This document shows positions 13,366 through 26,868 of a DNA stretch of 64,000 nucleotides, in pieces. Within the stretch, counting starts at the first letter, position 1, and every line of letters begins with the position of its first letter. The position numbers and the translations under genes are program-made. This stretch comes from Octopus sinensis. Taxonomy: Eukaryota. The notes under the pieces are model-generated. The model was not told where the DNA came from. It worked only from the letters and a program-made list of their open reading frames with translations, and made no database searches. The DNA lies in NCBI RefSeq assembly GCF_006345805.1, contig NC_042998.1:58156001-58220000 (forward strand). The letters are read 5' to 3'.

Positions 13366-14515
13366 ATATACACGTATCTATATTTCACGACGCCCACCAT
13401 TTTTTGCAATGTTTTCCATTCATTTTAGTAATAGCAACATATACGCATCTGAAATTCTCTATGACAATCTAATACACACATACACACGTGTAAGTGCGTG
13501 TATATGTATATATATGTCTGTGTGTGTGTGTGTGTATGTGTGTGTGTATACATACGTGTATATGCATATGTATATCTGTAAATGTTTATACGTGTGTGAG
13601 TGTAAGTATATATATATATACACGTATATATGCATGTGTATACATGCATAAGTATATGTCAGGTCGTTCTTGAATATTACTTGTTGCAAAGTCGAGCAGT
13701 CAACGATTAAACAAGCAACACCCTCAGGTTGCTAGGTGAGTAGAATGGATTTTGCACACTGTGCAACATGTTCACCAAAGCCCGTTATAGGGCATATAAA
13801 ATTTGGAGAGATAATGGATAACCAATCATGTATGCACGAGGATTGAGATATTATTGGTTTGGTGTCCATGTCCACATTTAACTTACCATGGGTGATAGAC
13901 CCTAAGCTATAGTTGTCATAGACGTTAAATACTAACCAGTGCGGTTAGCCGTAACCTGGAACATAACTGAGACCCACCGCAGAATCCACTGGATTATGTA
14001 TCCCTCTTGAGTGTGTGTGTATGTGTGTGTGTGTGTGTGCGTGTGTGTGTGTATACGTGTGAATATATATATAATGTATACGTATATACATTATATACGG
14101 GTACATCGGTGAACATGTTTCTTGTTTTCAACTGAGTCCGTCTTAAACTTTTTAATCAGAACATTAATCGCCTGCTTTGTTGGCGGCGGCACAATTGCGT
14201 ATTCGCTCTAAAAATCGGTAACATAATTGTCAAAGGAGTAAATCCATAGTCCATTAATAAAAAGTCCTGATCTAAAATAACATTCCACAATAAATGAACG
14301 TTGCTACACTGATAACATCATCACGACTCCAGAAGAAATCTCGAATGAATGCGTTACACTTGTAGAAAGGCTGAAATCATTTTAGCATAGCGAGCCAATA
14401 TTTTGACAGTTAATCAATCGAGTCAACTTTTAAATTGAACAATATATATATATGTGTGTATGTATGCATGTATGTATGTATGTATGTATATGTGTTTGTG
14501 TTTGTGTGTGTGTAT

Positions 14516-15076
14516 AGATACATATATAGGGTAGCGAATATTCGTTAGAAATATCACCACCAGTGGCCTAGCATGTATAAATAGTCAATAGACAACATAT
14601 TCTTATTTTAAAATGGTTTCAAATTTCTTTAGCAAATAAGATTATCTGCCAGGCGAATTCTCATCAGTAACCGGCCTTAATAACTAACTTATAATTCAGA
14701 GACAAACAGCAGTTTCAGTCGGCAGTAAATACATAATGCCGAGTTGATTCTTCAAGAATGTTAAGAACATATTCATAAGATACATATATAGGGTAGCGAA
14801 TATTCGTTATAAATATCACCACCAGTGGCCTAGCATGTATAGATAGTCAATAGACAACATATTCTTATTTTGAAATAGCGTACATTTAAACACAAGAGAA
14901 AACTACCCTTTAACAGGTAATTTTTACATGCTAGAAGAAGCAGCCAAAACGGCCAAAACCACGATTTAATAGCAATTTTCGAAGGAGATGAAAAATAAAA
15001 ACGCTTACCTTGTTATTATTATTATTTTTTTTTTGCGGTTATACCATGGTTTCAAATTTCTTTAGCATATAAGATT
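14516..15076 (+). repeat. ~128-bp direct duplication; second copy split by a ~170-bp insertion
   Basis: 14516-14643 repeats as 14778-14876 plus 15048-15076. Confidence 0.85.
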
Positions 15077-15360
15077 CGTGGATACGGCAAGAATAATGCA
15101 AATGAATTGCAAACCAAATCAGAAGACAAATATATGAATTAATGTAGACTTACCTTACATTCAATATTTCGGGGTTATGACCCCATTTTCAAGAAATTAA
15201 GGAATGTTGCCAATGTGTAAACTCACACACGCACATCGGCAACATTCGTTAATTTCTTCAAAACGCAAGATGTCTACATTAATTTATATATTTTGTTTTC
15301 TTGTGATTTGTCTTGCATTTACTTCGCATTGTTCTGGACTTACCCACAATCCATTATACA

Positions 15361-15432
<72 letters not shown>

Positions 15433-15466
15433 TAGATAGATAGATAGATAGATAAGATAGATAGAT

Positions 15467-15519
<53 letters not shown>

Positions 15520-16107
15520 GCCGTTTTATAATGCTCTTCAATTACCTAAAATCAATTACTATTCCATAACCCGAAACTTCATATTTTGAGTATTGTATTT
15601 GATTGAAGATTCTTCAAATATTCCTAAGTCTTTCAAAATCATCCACACGAGAATGCGGAAACGCGTCTCTGTTTATTCGATTAAAAATCACCGAACAGCT
15701 AAGATCTCAGATTCAAATTATGTATGTGTGTGTTCGTGCGCTCTCTCAATATATTCAGTGGCGCATTATTGAAGCTGGTTAGTAAGAAAAAATCCCCTTT
15801 TTCATTCATAACAATTTCAGGGATTTCTGAATACGTGAATACGCGTTATGTGGAAGTATATTTGGATGTGTGTAGGTGTATGAATGCGTTTCCGCTCGTG
15901 TAATATGTGCGCTTATCGCTTTGACATACGAGTATATGCTTTCTTTTTATGCATGCATGCTTATATATGCGTGTAATCACATGGAAAACCACACACACGA
16001 GCGTGCATATTCATGTTCGCGTAGGTATATGAATATAAAGACAGTTATATAACTGCTATTTATTTCTACATGGATCACTCTCTCTCTCTCACTCACTCGC
16101 TCTGTAC

Positions 16108-16139
<32 letters not shown>

Positions 16140-16350
16140 GACTCGCTAGAGAGGCCTTTAGCCAACAGATTTTGGGATCTGAAGATAACGTCATAAAGCT
16201 ATGCCCTTTACGGACGTGAAACCTAGTCCCATAAGTCGGTTTTACCTCAGTCTAATATATATATATATATTATATATATATATATATATATAAATAGATG
16301 GATAGCTAGCTAGCTAGCTAGCTAGATAGATAGATAGATACATACATACA

Positions 16351-16381
<31 letters not shown>

Positions 16382-16521
16382 CATAGGTATTTTGGGATCT
16401 GAAGATTTATGACGTTATCTTCAGATCCCAAAATACCTATGTATGTATGTATGTATGTATGTATGTATGATGTATGTATGTATGTATCTATCTATCTATC
16501 TAGCTAGCTAGCTAGCTATCC

Positions 16522-16567
<46 letters not shown>

Positions 16568-16675
16568 CTGAGGTAAAACCGACTTATGGGACTAGGTTTC
16601 ACGTCCGTAAAGGGCATAGCTTTATGACGTTATCTTCAGATCCCAAAATCTGTTGGCTAAAGGCCTCTCTAGCGA

Positions 16676-16678
<3 letters not shown>
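16140..16678. repeat. Near-perfect fold-back inverted repeat (arms 16140-16406 and 16417-16678, 10-nt spacer), flanked by (TA)n
   Basis: Unique sequence and internal GATA/GCTA/CATA microsatellites are mirrored base for base apart from repeat-length indels. Confidence 0.95.
16173..16231 (+). ncRNA. Type I hammerhead-like motif, probably inactive (mirrored on the - strand at ~16587-16645)
   Basis: Stem I UGGGAU/GUCCCA; CUGAAGA at 16179-16185; stem II ACGUC/GACGU extended; GAAA at 16218-16221. Stem III ACCU is one change from palindromic ACGU. Confidence 0.5.
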
Positions 16679-16767
<89 letters not shown>

Positions 16768-17028
16768 CTAGCTAGATAGATAGATAGATAGATACATACA
16801 TACATACATACATACATACATACATACATACATACATACTTAGGTAGATAGATAGATATAGATATAGTAATGTTATATGCTAACATAACGTGACAGTCCT
16901 ATAAAGGACGATGTTACTGTTATTTTAGCCCCAAGAAAACATCTTGTCTAGCTGGCTATCGACACAGTTTGTCTGTATATAGCATTTGTAATGGAGCTCA
17001 TCACTTCTATCTCTAGCTTGACGTATAT

Positions 17029-18072
17029 ATATGAGAGACCAAAGTGTACGTACGCCGCTATATATTTTATATATAGAAAAAATACAAAATGGGACAAGAA
17101 CGCAAAGCATCCAGACAGTTAGGTGATACAAAAAAGGGACAACAAAACATCCATATAGACGATAAAAAGAAAACAAGGGCTGGTCATTCGAAGTTTTCTT
17201 TCCCCTGACGTCTTCCAGATTATCTTTGCAATTTCGGCTGGTTATACTCGAGAATGCTCCAATCTGGCCGGCCCGAAGGAAAAACTAAGCTAAGAGCATT
17301 AGATTCCTTGGAAAAAAGCAGCAAATGTATACGAAAACAAGGACGGAAAGAAACGGGGAATGTTACACAAATACAAATAACAGGACATAACAACAGGTGT
17401 CTTTCGACTAAGGACGAATTAAATTAAGCTGGCGTGTGCGGAAGTAAAGCCTTACTGCAGGGATACAAGATTTCACAGGAACAGGGAGGAATATAGATGT
17501 TACACGGACGGCAGCCGAACCAAGAAAGAAAGGTCAGCCTTGGTAGAATACCGGTCACATTAGGAGAGAAGAGAGAGAGGTAGAGGCAGAGGGACAGAAT
17601 TAAGGAGGGGCGAGAAAATGACAGGGACACAGTGAAGTGAAACGAGGAGAGAAATTCAGCATGAAGAGAAGGCAAGGAAATGTGAGAGAGGGGGAACGAA
17701 AGAACGAAGAGTGGAATGAACGAATTAAGCGTGGAAGAGCTGATTGAAAGAAGGAAAAAATAATAGAAAGAATAGAGTCGTACAAAATTTAGATAAATAC
17801 ATGCTTACATATAAGAGACCAAAGTATACGTACGCCGCTATATGTTTTATATATAAAATATACAAAATAGGACAAGTATGCAAAACATCCAGACAGGTGA
17901 TACAATAAAGGGACAACAAAACATCCAGATAGACGATACAAAGAAAATAAAGACGGGTCATTTGGAGTTCTTCTTTCCTCGGTCGAGTTCCAGATTATCT
18001 TTGCAATTTCGGCTGGTTATACTCGATATATATATATATAAGTCTTATTGCTAAGTAGATATAGACACGCTC

Positions 18073-18129
<57 letters not shown>

Positions 18130-18165
18130 CATGTCTGGATGTTTTGCGTTCTTGTCCCACTTTTG

Positions 18166-18170
<5 letters not shown>
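17029..18170 (-). mobile_element. Non-autonomous retroelement with ~220-bp direct terminal repeats (17029-17251, 17809-18026) and a short inverted tail copy (18125-18170); Penelope pseudo-LTR-like
   Basis: Direct repeats visible by alignment, 557-bp spacer, inserted in (TA)n; solo reverse copy at 53805-53960. Confidence 0.6.
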
Positions 18171-18211
<41 letters not shown>

Positions 18212-20068
18212 TCACACCACACACATACACACACACACAAACATAATATATCTATGTATGATTATGTATTTGAGTGGGTGGTAGCTTAAATAAACATGAT
18301 AACCTCTATATAATTACTCTAGTCAATAATCTAATTAAATTCCTTATCGTATAACATATAACACACATACGCCCTCGCATACACGTGTATGTGTGACTGG
18401 TTGTACGCGTAGAGTGAGTGTTAATCCACTAAAAGCACTTGAAAGTGTACTGAATTAGTTTTTACTACTATTTCTCAGTCAATTCTGAATTGACCTCATG
18501 TATATATAGGTTTCAACAGATTATTTTACTTTAAACAAAAACAATACATCTGAACTGAATATTCCATTTACTTCTAATTTTACTTCCTTATCGTCTGAAA
18601 TCTCCCCCCCCCCTCTCTCTCTTTGTTTTGTTTCTTTTTTCTCTGTATTCCAAACTGCCTTTTAGATTTCTATAAAGCTCTATTTCTTCTCTAATTTCTG
18701 TTTTCGATTTTTTTCTAACTGAAATAGTTTCGTCCTTATAAACATTTTATTGTAGTTGTAAATATCAACTTTTATAAATAGATTTAATGTAGAATTGTTT
18801 GTCTTATAGAAACAGTTTTGCCATTCATTTTTTTTTTATTGTTCAGTGGGATGATTTTAAAAGGACATTGTTTTCTTTCTCCGATCTTTGAATTCAAACA
18901 GATCAGTTTTATTTTAGCATCATGATTTGTTTGTTCACTTTACCATGCCACACCGGGTTGCTATCAACAGTTTTTGAATTTGCCTATGAGCACATAACGT
19001 GCATAATGGCTGCATACATGTGTGTATTGCATGAGTCTGTTGATGATATTGGCTTTCTCTCTTTATTATGCTTCTAGTTTTACTCTTTACCTGTAATAGA
19101 GAAAGTTTTCGAAATGTTTTTGCTGCCATTGTGAATAATTCGAATGCCTTTACTCCAATAGTTACTACGACAGAATCAATGTCCTTCATATTTCTACCTC
19201 TCAAAGGAAACCCTATTTAAACCAAATAAAATTTTGTGTTTTTTTAAAATATATTTTTGTCATAGTAACATATTACTTTTTTTTCCTTTGTGACTTCATT
19301 TTGTTTCGTCTTTCACTTAAGAAGTCCTTATGATTGCCTGTCTTCTCCGGTGCAGTGAAAGCATTACCAGAACGTGTAGTCTGCATTAAATTTGATATTA
19401 CTATTTCAAATGATTTGACTATGTTTATATGACCGTGCACAAAAGACAAGAACCACAGTATGGTCATAAATTATTTTTACTTAATTTTCTGACGTTTATG
19501 GTCTTCGTTTTTGAATTGCTTGAATTTGGAAATGGTAGTGTTTTATCTAAAGCAGAATCGAAACAAGATGTATGGCAAGATCTTCGAGGAACTTGTCGCT
19601 ACCTGTACAAGTTAGTGTTTCATTAGGGAATCCATATATTCTCTCTCCACTGCCTTCGCAAGCAGCGATGTTTGCGTAAACACTGATTTCGTGCCATAGT
19701 TAACGAAATTTCCGTTTCCATATTCAAAGGTAATCTAGTCACCAATATTCCATTTCTTTGTCGGTCAATGTCAATGGGTACAAATCATTCAACGGTTTTA
19801 TTTTCCCATTCAGTCATTGGCTCATAGTATTTCCTGATATAAGTTCTATTGTAATTCTGCAGGTATTTTTATCTGTGATATTGTATTTGTAATTGTAACA
19901 ATAATGACATTTCAACTCAGTAGTTTTTAGGGAGTCAATCAATTACATCGATCCCAATATTTAAGGAGCCATTCCAGTGATTGGATCAATGGTGTCAACA
20001 AACACCTCACTTGAAAATTGTTTGCCTTGTGTCCCAATAACATATTATTATTATTACCATCATCATCA

Positions 20069-20123
<55 letters not shown>

Positions 20124-20132
20124 CATTATTAA

Positions 20133-20330
20133 GGCGGTGAGCTGGCAGAATCGTTAGCACGCTGGACGAAATGCTTCGCGGTATTTCGCTCGTCGCTCCG
20201 TCTTGAGTTGAACATCCGCTGTGGTCGACTTTGCCTTTTATCCTTTCGGGATCGATAAGTTAACTACTATTACACCCTCCCCAAAATTTCAGGCCTTGTG
20301 CCTAGAGTAGAAATTATTAATATTATTATT
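20133..20330 (+). mobile_element. tRNA-derived SINE (family C)
   Basis: ggcggtgagctggcagaatcgttagc...gtcgactttgcc...; related copies at 21195-21650, 33360-33545(-) and 40575-41130. Confidence 0.8.
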
Positions 20331-20640
20331 ATTATTATTGTGGCTTAGTGGTTTGGGTGTTGCATTTCCGATCCCTAGATCGTGATGTCAATTCCTAGAC
20401 TAGGTGGCGCGTTGTATTCTTGAGCAAAACACTTCATCTCACGTTGCACTGAAATCACTTCGACACCTGACGTGTGGTACACCGCGCACCTGTTCAGGCA
20501 ACGTCGATTTAATGAAGAGAGTGAGCTAATGTGGCACGAAGATTTAATCCCTATAAACAGGGCTGTGTGGTAAGTAGCTTGCTTCCCTCCCTCCACATTG
20601 TTCCGGCACCTTCTACCAAGATGTGAAAAGAAATATTTTA

Positions 20641-20805
20641 GGCGTAGGAGTAGCTGTGTGATAAGTAATTTGTTTGCGAACCACATGGTTCCGGGTTCAG
20701 TCCCACTGCGTGGTACCTTGGGCAAGCGTCTTCTACTATAGCTTCAGGCCGACTAAGGCCTTGTGAGTGGATTTGGTAGACAGAAACTGAAAGAAGTCCA
20801 TCGTA

Positions 20806-20897
<92 letters not shown>

Positions 20898-21100
20898 TCT
20901 GTGTCTGTGTCTGTGTGTGTGTGTTTGTTCCCCCAACATCGCTTGACAACCGATGCTAGTGTTTTTACGTCTCCGTAATTTAGCGGCTCCGCAAAAGACA
21001 CCGATAGAATAAGACCTGTGGTCGATTTGCTCGACTAAAAGCGGTGCTCCAGTATAGCCACAGTCACATGACTGAAACTAGTAAAAGAGTAAACGAGTAA
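20641..21100 (+). mobile_element. tRNA-derived SINE (family A), full length
   Basis: Head ggcgtaggagtagctgtgtg...ccgggttcagtcccactgcg, microsatellite core, conserved tail. Confidence 0.88.
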
Positions 21101-21149
21101 ATCATTTGCCCAGATCGTCGTCGACGGAAGAATCCATCTTCATTATTAC

Positions 21150-21180
<31 letters not shown>

Positions 21181-22032
21181 ATCGTCATCATCTTGAAGGC
21201 AGCCAGGTGACGGATTCGTTAATACCCCGGACAAAGTTTTCAGCGGCATTTGCTCTAGCATTACGTTCTGAGTTTAAATTCCACGGATATCGATTTTGCC
21301 CTTTATCCTTTGAGGCTGATAAGCAGCCCGTACGCATTGGGGTCGATGTAATTGACTAGTCCTAACCTCAAAATTTCAGTCATTGTGCCTATAGTAGAAA
21401 AGATCGTTATTATTGAGGTGATGAGCAGGTCAACTCGTTAGCATGTCAGAAAAATATTTTTGCGATATTGTTTCCGTTCATTACGTTCTGATTTCAAATT
21501 CTGCCGAGGTTGTCTTTGCCTTTCACGTCTACGGTGTCGATAAAATAAGTACGAGTCAAATACTGGTGGTGATATAATCAACTTATATCCCACCACCACC
21601 ACCACCACAGTAAAATTGCTGGCATTGTGCCAAAATCAGAAAGGATTATTCTTATTGTTGCTATCATATTGTTGTCCTGGTTATGACTATAAACTACATC
21701 CGATAGTGGCACCACGGGGCCCTGGTTTCAGGGTTTGAGGAGTATGGAACCAACTTCTAGCCACTATTGTTCCCAGATCTACTCTTGGCCCGGTGTGGTA
21801 GCACCTGTAAGGGTTCCAGCTATGGGTTACCCCGCCCCCCCTCCGATTGGGGGCGGAGGCATCAGAGGAATGTAGTCGCCGTATTCCCTGCGTGACGTAA
21901 GAGGCGACTGAAAGGGACTGGAGCAAGGGCACTGGGGACACTCCCTTCTTAATAAATCCAAATTCCTAATAGACAGCAAGAAAAAAATCGTTTATTGTTA
22001 CAATTAATAATTATGTTATATTTCTGTTTCAG

Positions 22033-22187
22033 CATTTCAAGAGACAGTGAGTAACGCTGTACTACAGGTTCACTCTCCCGAAGATAGTTTCATCGGATTA
22101 ATGGCAATGGGACGAATTGTTGTCATCAATAAAAGCAATCGCCTCGAAGCAGCGTCTCTTGAAGGACTTGTTGCAGAACTCATTGAG
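22033..22187 (+). CDS. Internal coding exon 2 (PFQETVSNAVLQVHSPEDSFIG...RLEAASLEGLVAELIE), start of the REM-like domain
   Basis: tttctgtttcAG acceptor; GTTAGT donor at 22188; 155 nt, phase 1 to 0. EAASLEGLVAEL resembles the first REM motif (AGTLEKLVERL-type). Confidence 0.88.
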
Positions 22188-25100
22188 GTTAGTGATCAGA
22201 GGCATTTTATTATATTATTTGAGTCAGTTTTCATATAACATCAAATAAACCTTTTTATATACGTCATTTTGATTGTGTGAATGTACGGGATTTTGTAGAG
22301 AAAAGAAAAATTTCCCAGTGAACGGAACTGGGGGTTGGTTTCAATTTACGTCCGCCACCTCTTTCATATCATTTTGAGTGACACCTTACTAATTCCATTT
22401 CAAATTATTGCCTTTGTTAAAAAGAAAGAGCTGGGATTGCGAACATAACGTTTTTGCCTTCACCATGAGTGAAATGAAATAAAACAAATACTATTGATAT
22501 CAATAATAATAGTTTCAAATCTTGCGTCAGGGCCAGCAATTTCTGGGAAGGGATAAGCCGATTAAATTGACTTCAGTGGTCAACTAATACTAATTTGATC
22601 GACCTCGAAAGGATGAAAGGTGAAGTCAACCACAGCGGAATTTGAACTGAGAATGCGAAGACGGACGAAATGTCCCTAAACAAGGCTTTATTCACCGTTA
22701 GAACTTACTTGTTCATCACGCTAGTCAAAGTTATTTATACACGGCCAGTATCTCAAAGTGGTCTTTTGATCTCTCAGAAATAGCAGCCAACTGACAATCA
22801 TACCTCCTTATAAGATGGAACGATCTAATGAGTTTTGTATGCTAGTTACTCCTTCAGGAAAAACAAATACTGAAAAGTAACGGCTGGAATACCTTTGATC
22901 ATATGCATGGTTGATCAGGGATAATCTGGGAGTAAACAACATGTATTGCTTTATTTACTGCTTTTTCGCCAATACCGGCCTTAAAATCACAAGTAGTGTC
23001 TCCTAAAGTTGTAATTTTAAGGCCGGCATTGATGTAGTGTCTTCTAAAGTTAATTTATTTTATTTTCTCAGTCACTACATTTTTCGTGAAACAAAAATGT
23101 GAAATTGTAAATTTTATATAATTTTATATAATTGACGTGGAATAGAAAGTAGCTAGGGGATCATATTTGCCATGAATTTACACTAGCTCTAGGGTTCTAT
23201 AATTTTTCATAGAATTTGTTTAGTTATGATCGATCAAACTTAGGACAAGAGCCACATCAATTTTGTTATTCTAGTAATATCAGGGACTACAAAACTTAAA
23301 TTTTTCTTTCCTTATTTAAAAGATAAGGGTATCGTTTGGAAAAAAAATCCGGTACTATTTCTAGAAGCTTCGTTGACCACATAGAGATTCATTCGTTGTT
23401 CTAGCTATAATACAGTGAATCTTCATGTTCGGGTAAGAGCTGCTCAAACGACCAATACTCTTATTTCGAGTCCACCTTAAGGCAAATTAATTACGGTGTC
23501 ATTAGGACACTTAATTCCCGCTTACTTTTCAACCCATCTTGAATATTATCAGCGAAAGCGTAGTTTTTCATGATTGCAGTCACATTATAGTCCAGAATTT
23601 AATATCTGGTTGCCCGTTATTGTATTTGGTTAGTCATTTGAAGGCAAATACTATTATTAGGTATTCGTCTTTCTCTGTTAGATAGGCGAAAAGTCATCCA
23701 CTTTTTAGCAATATAATTCCTAACTTAGTCACAAAATATCCAAATTATAAGGCTAATGAAAATAGGTAATTCCGGTGCCATTCTGAAGGGTCATTAAAGA
23801 AAGTTTAATATATTTCAAGCGGAATTCAAACACATTCTCAGAATCATTATCGCCCAGATCCTTTTAATTGTACGTTTGCTGGTCATAAAGAAGCGATTCA
23901 TCATGATTAAGAGCGAAGACGGGTATGTAATGAAATATATATAAAGTGTGTTCGCTCGAGGCTTTCCTCTCGATTATATCCTCAAACGTGAACAAACACA
24001 CATACACACATAAACATACATAAACACGCACGAACACACACACACGTACTTACATACATACATGCACACAGAGCAAGGTCAAACTGCAAAGAAGTTCGAT
24101 TTTTACTCAGGAAACCCATTTATCTCAAGTCAGTAAAGCTGGGTATTTGGGAACTGTACAGAAGCCCGTCGTATATAGTTGAGCTGCAATTTAGCATTCT
24201 AGATTTGTCACCTTGTGTCACAGCGATTCCACTCGAGAATTACGCTAAGGTAAAACTGTTTATGTAATGTTCAGTCTGTTAGGCGCTAATTTCGCAGGAA
24301 GGTAGTTCAATTGATTGAACAGTTGATTACCAATCGCCGAAACCGGCGAATATCCAATTCCACGTGTACATAATGTATATATAAAGCCCTCTCACTTTCT
24401 CCCTCCATATACACACACGCATGCACACACACACACATATATATAAATTATATATATATATATATACATGCATACATATATACATACATATATACATAAA
24501 TATATATATATATATGTATACATATATAAAGTGCACACATACAATCAAATGTGTACCTGTGTATGTACACACACACACGCCACACTCACACACACACACA
24601 CGCACACACACACACACACATACACTCACACACACACTCACAGACGCATAAGAGTGCTTGTATTTCGGAATTCTACTTCAGTGGACATTGTTTTTAGACA
24701 GTGTTGACATTGAAGCAATAGTATTTTAGAAGAGCCATCATTGTTATTTCAGAAAAGAAAATATGATATGATCCCGTTTCCTTTATTTGTTAGTCTTAAA
24801 ATTTACTCACACATCTGTGACCTGGTCACTAGCTCAATTTATCATTAGTTACTAACCAGTTTAGTTGCAGAACACAGGTACAAAGAGCTGCAATTTATGC
24901 TCAGCTGAAAAGATACCCATATTGGGCAACATGAAAGTTCTTGAGTTACCCAATGAAATGGTCAGTTTTACACTAAATGTCATCACGTGAGAAATGCCAC
25001 ATTATATTGTGGAAAATCACGCCACTATTATCTGAATAAAGAGATAGACGTTAAACAATCAGATCTACTCTCTTCATTTGTTAACCTGATATGATTATTG

Positions 25101-26833
25101 TCTGAAAACACACCTTATGATTATTCTCTGAAAACACATCACCGTATTTAAATTTCAGACACTTTCCCTATACCAAACAATACTAATTCTATTTCTTTTA
25201 TTCCGGGTATGTATTCAGACGAGAGCACCTAACTCATGCCATGAGTAACCTTCCTGTTTCTTAGACTTTCTTCTGTTTTTTCTTCAACTTATTTCACTAG
25301 TATCTGATATCTTGCTTAAAATTTACGGACTGATATACGGAAAACAACCCATACATAACCTTGGCCCACCAAGTGCGTTGTCAGTTTGTACATGACTGGT
25401 TGAGACGTCACAAGGTTCCTTTATTACACAGGAAACGTCTCTGGACATAAAGATATAAGTAAACTGCATCTTTTCATACAATTTCTGCAACAGCTACAAC
25501 AAACAGTGAAGTTTTAACCACTCCAACCATAAAAGAACGATTCAGTTTTATTACTTCCAGGAAGAATCACTTATCTCTGGCTTTAGTTTCCACAATATGT
25601 TCCCTGATGGCTTCGTTGTTCAATTGTCTCTTATGTTGCCCATACACATCGGTGATTCAACCCTCCTGCTTTAGTCGCTTTTCTTCTACTTCAAGATAAC
25701 GAATTTTTTGGATCACAATATCTCACTTCTAAAGGAAAATTCGTATTCCTGCTAGTCCAACTCACCTGCTTTGTACTGCATCTAACATTTATTTCATTAC
25801 CAGCTTCATCTCTGCTATCCTCAGTACTACAGATTTCCTCATATGGTATTTCCTTCTTTTCACTTGTATTGGCTAGGTTGCCCGATCAGTGATATCCATG
25901 CGATTGTCTGGCATCTTGCGATAATGAGATTTTCCTGTAGTGCTTTCAAAGGCGGATGGAGATTTACAGTAAAACTACACATCCCGAGTCTTGTAAAACA
26001 CGACGGAAGACCAAGACCCACTCTCGCTTTGTAGGATCTTGAAAGCACACTTTTTCATTCTCTATATTCTGGTTGTGTCATACTTACGTTTTGGCCATAA
26101 GAACATCAATAGAAAACCATGTTGATAACACTGCACCTGAAATGCCCCAACCAAACTGCAATTGTCAATGACAATTAGTCCCGGTCTGAAATTGACCTCA
26201 ATTTCAGTATCCATCTTTGCATTATTTGATGGAATTGCATAGACAACCCTAAGGCTCTTAACTGCTTATTTCACAATCAGTGGAATTTTGTCCCCATTCA
26301 GATATAAAGTAGACGTTTTGAAAGTGACATTCAGTTAAGAACAGAACGAGAAATTTTTAAACTTTCATGTTCGAAGCACAGTTTTGAAATAAGGATTTCC
26401 GTTAGAAATATAAGATTGATATAGGATAAGAACTGCCAACAGTTTGGTCAACTGTTCAATATCCTTTTAGTCTACTAGCTGTAGTTTTTACATGAGAATA
26501 TATTTACAGATAGGTAAGTATACACTGTATGAATGCATTTATGCGCAAATGTTTATGTCTATATGCATGTATGTATGCATGTATGTATGTATGTATGTAT
26601 GTATGGATGGATGGATGGATGGATGGATGGATGGATGCTTGGGCGGATGGATGCATCTATGCATGCGTGTGTGTTTGTGTGTGCGTGTGCGTTTGTCATT
26701 GTGTGTGTGTGTGTTTATTTGTGTGTTTGTTTATGTTTGTGTCCATGTAAACGTGTACATACATATATATGTAATCATGTAACCACACAGGCGCTTTTCT
26801 CGGACTATTCTTTTCCTTCTCTCCGGACCTAAC

Positions 26834-26868
26834 GTCTTTCTGACGAAGAGCATGCTCGAAACGTCGAC
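26834..26868 (+). ncRNA. Minimal type I hammerhead motif (Penelope-type); core intact, stem I damaged
   Basis: CUGACGA(A) at 26840-26847; stem II GAGC-AU-GCUC; GAAA at 26858-26861; palindromic ACGU; GUC cleavage triplet ending at 26865. Confidence 0.7.

Noticed and set aside
12789-13651. Three overlapping 190-268-aa ORFs
   Set aside because: All three frames are open only because (TTC/CTC)n lacks stop codons.
18900-19700. Short ORFs with possible transposase-like residues (similarly 25330-26060)
   Set aside because: No convincing ordered motif set could be read; left unassigned.
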